Below are positions 56,784 to 64,000 of a DNA stretch of 64,000 nucleotides, piece after piece. The position numbers and the translations under genes were made by a program. A model generated the notes under the pieces. It did no database searches, had not been told where the DNA came from, and saw only the letters and a program-made list of their open reading frames with translations. Each line of letters starts with the position of its first letter. Positions within the stretch are counted from its first letter, which is position 1. The stretch spans positions 310,001-374,000 of the forward strand of contig NIVC01000162.1 in assembly GCA_002269645.1 (NCBI GenBank), in the 5' to 3' direction. The stretch is from Macrostomum lignano (Eukaryota).

Positions 56784-58297
56784 CCTGCAGCCTGCACAGC
56801 CAAAACAATTGTGCTATTAACAGGGCTGGCTTTCATGTTGTCCCTTCAGTCTGTGCGAATTTGATTTTATAGTCTTGCATGCTTTCTTTTTCTGTGTTCT
56901 ATTTCATAATTATATTGGTATTTATCAAGTTATGGGCCAATTGATTTTTTTGGAATTCAAATCTAAGCAAAATGCTTTCAACATTGATTCACAATGCCAC
57001 AAATGCTTGTATGTGCATTTTAGTGCATTATTTTTTCCTGTAACTGTTCACAAATATCTGCACTAAAAATTCCAGCAACTCCTGATGGTAAGCAAAGCTC
57101 TGAAGAATGGAACAGAAAGCTTATTATTTTTTTAATTAAAATCCAATTGAAATCCAATAAATTTAGTTCCAGTGTCATTAAAAATTGTACTAACAGTCAA
57201 TACTAAGTCAAATTTCAGCCAAAGCTCACATGATTGGAATTCAATTTAATTAATTTCCTGCAAGTTATTTTTATTTATCTGTATTATACTAGAGCAGGCC
57301 AAATTCAATGTAGAAAAATGGCAAATAGATTTTACATTCCAAACTTAGAAGTTTGAACATATTCTTATGCCTTTGTAATTGTAGTAATATTTTTATGTAA
57401 TTAGAATGCATAAAATATTTATACAAATTTATGGTTGTCGCTTGATTTGCTAGATAAAAAAGAATTATAATATTTTAAAACTTTTACAGACAAATATTGA
57501 TTCTATGTATTGATTTAATAAGGTTAATCCTGCATGTGGTTTGTACTACGTTAAACTGGTGTTGATTGCATAAATAAATTTTGTACAATCTGATGGGTGT
57601 AATAATTGCAATACCTACTCAACTGCATAAAAAGATTAACAAAGCAACAAATTTGCAGTTTTTTTTATTCGTTTAGTTATTTGATCCGGTAAAAAAGCAA
57701 TAACTATCCAAAGATTAATTTAAATGTATATTTTTCTAACTGTGGTTTGGTTTTTTCAACAAAAACCACAGGTGACCACCCAGCTGAGGCGCAGGCAGTC
57801 AAGCATGGCGCATGATTGGTAAAGAAATTAATAAATTCATGTCACTAGACGGTGGAGAGTGCAGGAGCCACTGTCGACAATGACGATGGACTTTATGGGG
57901 AAAAACAAGGTTAGTCGTGCGGACAGGCGCATGCAAATATTAATATCTGAGGCTAAAAGTTTGAAGAAATAAAATAATACTAGCAAACAGTTTCTAAAGA
58001 GGCTCGCAATTAATAAATAAATTAACAGGTGAAAACAATGCATCTGTGTACAAAATCAGCTCTTGTGTGGGCGCTCTGTGTGTACATCCAAATGTACATT
58101 ACATTGTATACGAGTCCAATGCATCTCAAGATGTAGCGTTTAACAGTGCAGTCAAATGTAACTTTGGTAACGCACAATACAATGTACAAATCAGAGTCGA
58201 GGTAAGGTGCATCGTTTGATAAAAGCCAGAAGAATGAAAGCGAAAACGAACATTCGCATGCTTTTCTTTAATAATACCAAATTGCAAATTTATTAAT

Positions 58298-58346
58298 CTT
58301 TGCGCGACGTGTTTCGCCGAACAATTGGCATCTTCAGGCAACAATA
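58298..58346 (-). ncRNA. Minimal type I hammerhead ribozyme motif with intact core
   Basis: Minus strand reads uauuguugc-CUGAAGA-U-GCC-aauuguuc-GGC-GAAAC-AC-GUC-gcgcaaag: conserved core, extra U after A9, 3-bp helix II, palindromic ACGU helix III. Predicted cleavage between 58306 and 58305. Helix I is weak. Confidence 0.7.
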
Positions 58347-58409
58347 GGTGCAGAGAGATGGAAGCCAAATATGATGCAAGTATGCAAAATTACCATCTCT
58401 CTGCATCTA

Positions 58410-58458
58410 TTATTGCCCCTGAAGATGCCAATTGTTGGGCGAAACACTTCGCGCAAAG
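58410..58458 (+). ncRNA. Second, mutated hammerhead motif (mirror copy)
   Basis: CUGAAGA-U-GCC-aauuguug-GGC-GAAAC-AC-UUC: the G16.2 to U change breaks helix III and the ACGU palindrome. Confidence 0.55.
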
Positions 58459-58554
58459 ATTAATAAATTTGCAATTTGGTATTATTAAAGAAAAGCATGC
58501 GAATATTTGTTTACGCTTTCGTTCTTCTGGCTTTATTGTACAAATCAGTGCGTA

Positions 58555-58815
58555 TGTAATGTACATCTAATTTGCAGATCAATGTACATCCACATTGTAC
58601 ATCTAATGTACATATCAATGTACATCCACATTGTACATCTAATGTACATATCAATGTACATCCACATTGTACATCTAATGTACATCCACATTGTACATCT
58701 AATGTACATATCAATGTACATCCACATTGTACATCTAATGTACATATCAAGTGTACATCTAATGTACCTATCAATATCAATTTATTTAGATTAGATGTAC
58801 ATTAAAAACATATCA
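58555..58815. repeat. TGTACA-based 12/24/36-bp repeat
   Basis: aatgtacatatc / aatgtacatccacattgtacatct units. Confidence 0.9.
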
Positions 58816-59394
58816 ATGTACATTAAGGTAACTGTAACTTGTACTTGTAAACCTGGAAAACTCGGTTAAAAAGCGTTCCATCCCAAGCAAAAAGAGTGTA
58901 CAACTAACAGTGTACATACTTGAGCGAATATTACAGATATTGTGAAAGAAGAGAAAGTTCAAATTGAGTGAACCCATCTACGGCTAATTTGTGAAGCACA
59001 AAAAATGTAACAGCACACCCAAGGGAAGTGTGCACTAAAAGCAAGGAAAGGTTACCATAGAGCATACGCAGCAGACAGGTAACACATTGAAAAAAATAAT
59101 TACAAGACAGGTTTGAGATAGCTTTAACCTTCTCACATGAATTCAAGAGACAAAATAATTATAAAAAGTAAATTATTCGATTTTTTAAATTCCGCACTAA
59201 AAATCACAAAATACAAATAGATAAGAATAATACAAAGCTGTCTGCTTTTATCGATCTGCTTTAATTAGCTATATCTAGCTACTTCACAAAAAACGCAAAA
59301 ATGACCCACAGGTAGGCGCTGATCAAATAATAGTTGATTTTCTATAATAAACTAATTAACTTAAATTTTATTGATAAATGATCACAGTCTCGTC

Positions 59395-59520
59395 TGTGAT
59401 TGGCTGGCACACCCGCCGGGCAGAGAGCGGGATCGGGGCGGTTGGCCTAAAATGACGTGGCCGGCGCTGATTGGCCTGAGGAGAAGAGGCTGACGAGAAA
59501 CGAGAAGCGGCTAGGTGAGA
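59395..59520 (+). promoter_or_regulatory. GC-rich promoter-like island with a possible first-exon donor
   Basis: gattggc twice, GC box ggggcgg, TGACGTGG at 59453-59460, ag|gtgaga at 59514/59515. Confidence 0.35.
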
Positions 59521-60469
59521 CGCCTTAAAGTTGAACTATAAAGTATAGAATTTAAAGTACAAACAAATAGAATTGTCATGTTAAAAGCAGGGAGCAAAGG
59601 TAAAAAGATGTATCAATTGACTGTTAGAGAGAATAATTCAGAAGAAGCAATAAGGATATTAAAAATCGCTAAACAAAGGATACCAGCTCCGACCAAAACA
59701 GTTGCTGGTTTCAATTTGATCTTCAGAGATCACGTTGGGAGAGGAAATTGAAAAATAAGTGCTAAAATGTTTCTTTTGAAACGAACTTCGGCCTTCAAAT
59801 ATACTTACGATATTTTAGTGTTAATGTATTACTACAGAATATTAAATAGGAGCGCCCCAGGTATTTAACAGGCAGCTCAAGACGTAGCACAAAGTACACT
59901 TCGAACAGACTGAACAGATAGCCTCAGCGTATCGCCACTAGCACTGAAGTCAACGAATGAGACGCTGGTTAAACGCCGAGGCACTGACACAGTTAGTTGC
60001 TTCCTTCAAATTTACTTTCGATCAAGGGTTGGCAAACTGCGGCCTCTATATAATAGCCTCTCTATTCGGCCCTCGTGTTCTTTTAAACTTCACAATAGTA
60101 ATCCATCCGACCCGCTCAAGGTCTCTTCTAAGCTCTTTCATATACCTTCTTTCTCCCTCTCTTCTCTGGATCCTTTCTCCACTCGTTTTTCTCCTCTATC
60201 CTCTCATCATCTCTTATCTCTTTTCTCGTCTCGCATCTTCCAGTGGACGACCGAAGAGCCCTATCCTCCAGCTTATTATCTTCCCAATGACCATATGCGG
60301 GTCGCATGAATCTAAGGCACAAAAACAAGTTGTCTATGGTTAAAACACCGACTTAGGCAGAAATCAATGGCCAAATCGTTCAGTTTTGCATTCTCTATGC
60401 CTACAGTGATGCGCTTCTAGAAATGAAAGAAAACAAGTTTCTCTTATGCCAAATACATGGTGGAGAAAG

Positions 60470-63400
60470 CTACTGCACTGGGCATTCCAATCCCAGCATC
60501 CCGTCTTCATCCTCGGGCAGCTGCACCACATCCGGCAGGGCACGCAGCAGGTAGGTGAGGGTGCCGAACCGGCCGCTAGGCGCCGTGTCGTAGAAATGCG
60601 CGCAGACGCCGCAGGCGCCGCCGCAGACAAGCGCCGGGTAGGTGGCGCCGGCGCCGCGGCGCCAGTCTTCGTGCCGCAACAGCTGGTCGATCTGGTCGGG
60701 CACAGCGCAGCAGGCGCAGGCGTCACCGCCCAGGCTGAGCTGGTCGCTCAGAAAGGTGTAGTTGGCCCTGTGCACCAGCTGCTCGGCGGGCAGGATCCTG
60801 TGCAGATCCACTCGCTGCAGCTGGTCACAGTCCGGCAGGCGGACCAGCAGGCTCAGAGCTTCAACAACCAGCTGGCGGTACTCCGGCACTGGCACGGCCG
60901 TGATCATCGCCTCAACGTGCAGAGCAAACTTTACTTCGCCAGCCGTCATCTCCCTGGTGAGGTACTGGCCGATGATTTGGCCGTAGATGCTCACGCCCTC
61001 CGTGTACTCCAGCAGGCGCCACATCCGCCTGTAGAAGCCGGCCGGCACCCGGTTCAAAGCGCCGTCGATTCGTCGGCGCCGAAGCCACTGGCCGCGCCGG
61101 TCGGAGCTCATGGTCTGGCCGAGCCGCTCCTCCGCCCACTGGCCCGGTCGCTGGCCGGGGCCGTCCGACGGCGCAAGGCTGCGCGGCCGGAAGTCGAGCA
61201 CGCGCGAGTCCGACTGGGGATTGGGAGAGGAGGGGAAGATTTTTGGCAGTGGATTTGCCTTCTCTCTAGAATTCTATTCCCATGCTCTGGACTATTCTAA
61301 ATGGGATATTTAGAAGATCAGAATCAGAATTGGCTTGATGAACTTTGGCGGCTCAAAGGTGTCGGTTTGAAGAATCGCAGCTCCAGATCACAAAGGCGTT
61401 ACATAGACACTGCTCGATGGGTTCGAGAGCTGGACTCGGGGGCAGAAAAGTATGGAGACTCAAGGCGTTTAAAGAAAAGTTAAGGAGATATTAGGAAAGG
61501 AACCAGAATCTGTGGAGATCATCAAGAGGAGAAAGCCCAAATATTACGGACATCAGACGAGGAAGGGAGCCATGGCAAATTTCTGTATTCAAGGAGAAAT
61601 AGATAGTGAAAGAAGAAGAGGAAGACTGAGAAAAGGCTTCCTAAAGGAATGAACCGGATGGACAAATGGAGAGAGAGGCTAAGAAGAGAGCATCGAAGGA
61701 CAGGGAGGCAGTGGTGGCAGGATTTTTTGCATGAATGGGTGCGCCCACCGTCATGAAAGAATATTAAGGCTGGTTTTCGCTACGGAGATAGGTAGTGTAT
61801 TATAGAAGATTGATAGCCATAAAGCTTTCGTTCAGAAAATTAAGATTCTATGTTAATTTCTTTTTCTACGTAGAATTGTATATGTTATGTGCCTAAAAAC
61901 CATTAAAACGGCATGAGTCGAGCTGTGCCCTGCATTTTATTATTTTAGGTACAGGGAATGTTTAATATTAATTGATATTAATATGAAAAAAGTGGAAATT
62001 TTCCTATCTCCGTAGTGTATTTTCCGGCAAAAGTCTATGGTTCTTCTCTGCTTGACTGTCCATTTTCTATAGTCTATGGCCAAGCCAGTCCTTTAACCAT
62101 TTGTCCGGATGAACAATAAAAATCGAAAGTTGAAGCACTGCAAGCGATGCACCAAACAACGTTGGGTAGCAAATAAAAAGTCACAACAATAAATAGCAAA
62201 GCATTTGACTATTGGCTAAGACAGAATAATTGCCAAAAGCTAATAATCTTCTTCAGGCAGACACTATGCCCCTCAACCAAGAGTTAGCAGACCATACTAG
62301 AGTTGTTAAAATCGTCATTCATCATTATAGATCAATTTAACCGCATGCATTTCGTTAGCAACTAACTAGACTCTATATAATAGACAATAAATGCTTCATC
62401 ACAGTGCGAGCACAACAGCTATTAGCAGAGAATAGTCAGTTTTACTGAGGCCTCACCTCCAACGAGATCTGCTCGTCCTCCGCTGAATAAGGAACATAAA
62501 GCTTAACGTTAGCATGTAAGATAATAATAGCTGAACATCTCAAAGTCTTAATTAATAGCTCCCGACTACTAAAATAATAATAATGAGTGGAAAAGTCAGT
62601 CAAGTTAGCTGTGCACAGGGCAGCTTTGAGCACACGCGCGCTTCTGATTAGAAACACGGCCGGTCTGAGCTAAAATTAGACTCCCGCAATTAGTCCACGC
62701 GTGCTTCTCCCTCACTCCCTTACTCCCACCTGCAGGGGATAGCTCTTGTTGCTAGGGAAACGGATTAGGCCTAGCAGGTGTAGATAGCACAACAAACAGT
62801 GGCGAGGGAATAGTACGAGAGAGTAGCACTGAACCCGAGATGAGGGGTAAGAGAGGCAAGCTGTACACAAGCTGTTTTGCTAAGTAAAATAATACAGTAA
62901 AATTCGCACTCAACTACTCACAGTATTCCGCGTGGAATTCTTTGCCGCTGAGAATGTGATGCAGCAGTGTTTTCATCTTGTACGGACTCAGGCCTAGCAG
63001 GTGCTCGGTGGCCTCTTCAGCTGCGGGGGGGGGGGTTACTTGGCTAGTTCAGGATATTTATAGGCTGTTAATTTGGTTGGAATCTGGACTCGCTGACTAG
63101 CAGCAGTCGCAGGGACCTCTGGTGCTGCTCCTCTGTAGCGTTTGAAGAAACAGAGCTGCCCCCCTCTTTAGCTGCCCCCTCTTTAACTGCCCCCATCTTT
63201 AGCTGCCCCCTGTAGCTGCCCTCTGTAGCTGCCCCCTGTAGCTGCCCTCTGTAGCTGCCCACTGTAGCTGCCCCCTCTGTACATGTAGCTGCCCCCTGTA
63301 GCTGCCCTCTGTAGCTGCCCCCCTGTAGCTGCCCCCTCTGTAGCTGCCCTCTGTAGCTGCCCCCTCTGTAGCTGCCCTCTGTAGCTGTCCTCTGTAGCTG

Positions 63401-63815
63401 CCCACTGTAGCTGCCCTCTGTAGCTGCCCCCTGTAGCTGCCCCCTCTGTACATGTAGCTGCCCCCTGTAGCTGCCCTCTGTAGCTGCCCTCTGTAGCTGC
63501 CCCCTCTGTAGCTGCCCCCATCTTTAGCTGCCCTCTGTAGCTGCCCCCTGCAGACCTACCGGAGATATTCAGCGCCCTGGCCATCTCGGAGCCCATGACC
63601 TGGATGACCAGGCCCACCCGGATCCTGTACATGCTGGCCAGCAGCTGCGGCTCAGTCCTAGCCAGCATGCTCAGGTACACCAGCAGCTCCTGGGTGAGCA
63701 CGCCAAGTGTTGGATCGCTGTCGCTGGCTGTCCGAATCAGCTGAGCGAGGGCGGCGCCTCCGCGCGGCGAGCTGATCACTGTCTCGCGCGGCTCCGGCGG
63801 CAAGCCGACAGTCAC
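60470..63815 (-). CDS. PHKA: Phosphorylase b kinase regulatory subunit alpha, 3' exons (gene continues beyond the window)
   Basis: Complement join 63815-63560, 63020-62922, 62482-62457 (26-nt microexon), 61213-60470, phase-consistent. Motifs [90 protein letters not shown]; CaaX end CPVQ. Confidence 0.93.
61330..61725 (+). mobile_element. Decayed RTE-clade LINE 3' fragment, antisense in the last PHKA intron
   Basis: Broken frames give LLDGFESWT (cf. LLYGxESWT) and [17 protein letters not shown]...[15 protein letters not shown]...GWT, typical of the RTE ORF C-terminus. Confidence 0.7.
61783..62012. mobile_element. 230-bp MITE with 10-bp TIR and TA target duplication (Tc1/mariner-like)
   Basis: TA|CGGAGATAGG ... 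CCTATCTCCG|TA; interior related to the repeats at 1-170 and 54232-54330. Confidence 0.6.
63155..63550. repeat. 13-16-bp minisatellite in a PHKA intron
   Basis: Unit gtagctgccc(c)n(tct). Confidence 0.95.
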
Positions 63816-63869
63816 CTGGGCGTATCGATTGTCGGGGACAATTAAGGACGCGTACTTCAGCTATGGCAG

Positions 63870-64000
63870 ATTCGAACCCCTGACCCTACGAGTATGATAT
63901 TCGAACCCCTGACCCTACGAGTATAAGATTCGAACCTCTGACCCTACGAGTATAAGATTCGAACCCCTGACCCTACGAGTATGATATTCGAACCCCTGAC
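63870..64000 (-). repeat. 29-bp tandem repeat containing a tRNA T-loop/B-box; runs off the window end
   Basis: Plus unit attcgaacccctgaccctacgagtatgat; the minus strand reads ...ctcgtagggtcaggGGTTCGAAT. Confidence 0.85.

Larger units (their letters stand above)
58195..58536. mobile_element. 342-bp palindromic insert, probably Penelope-like (PLE) terminal repeat in inverted duplication
   Basis: About 145-bp inverted arms (58219-58361 / 58393-58536) with a ~30-nt spacer. Each arm has a hammerhead core followed by AATAAA. Flanked by the 12-bp direct repeat TGTACAAATCAG (58183-58194, 58537-58548). Confidence 0.7.

Noticed and set aside
60024-60060. caagggttggcaaactgcggcc, like a hAT/Charlie terminus
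   Set aside because: No partner TIR or TSD found.
62730-62751. Possible extra 22-nt PHKA microexon (ag|CAACAAG...TGCAG|gtggga)
   Set aside because: Including it breaks the reading frame; the model is in phase without it.

Overview
Eukaryotic (metazoan) genomic DNA with spliceosomal introns and no prokaryotic features or CRISPR. The gene style and extreme minisatellite load suggest a free-living flatworm such as Macrostomum, but this is inference only. Genes: a 9-exon C18orf63/DUF4708 homolog (-) whose last coding exon carries a hAT non-autonomous insertion; intronless COMMD3; a 10-exon 3-KH PCBP/hnRNP-E (mub-like) gene; three intronless rhodopsin-class orphan GPCR paralogs sharing a near-identical ~310-nt TM2-TM4 core; PEX13 with no local start codon; intronless RAB28; and the 3' part of phosphorylase kinase alpha (-). 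Mobile DNA: a decayed Ngaro/DIRS tyrosine-recombinase retroelement, three tRNA-derived SINE copies, an RTE LINE remnant, several MITEs with readable TIR/TSD, and a 342-bp palindromic insert carrying two inverted minimal hammerhead-ribozyme motifs of Penelope-like type. About 28 unrelated tandem arrays make up roughly a quarter of the window by hand tally and account for most long ORFs in the ORF track. All gene models, alignments and family assignments were made by eye and from memory; no search was run.
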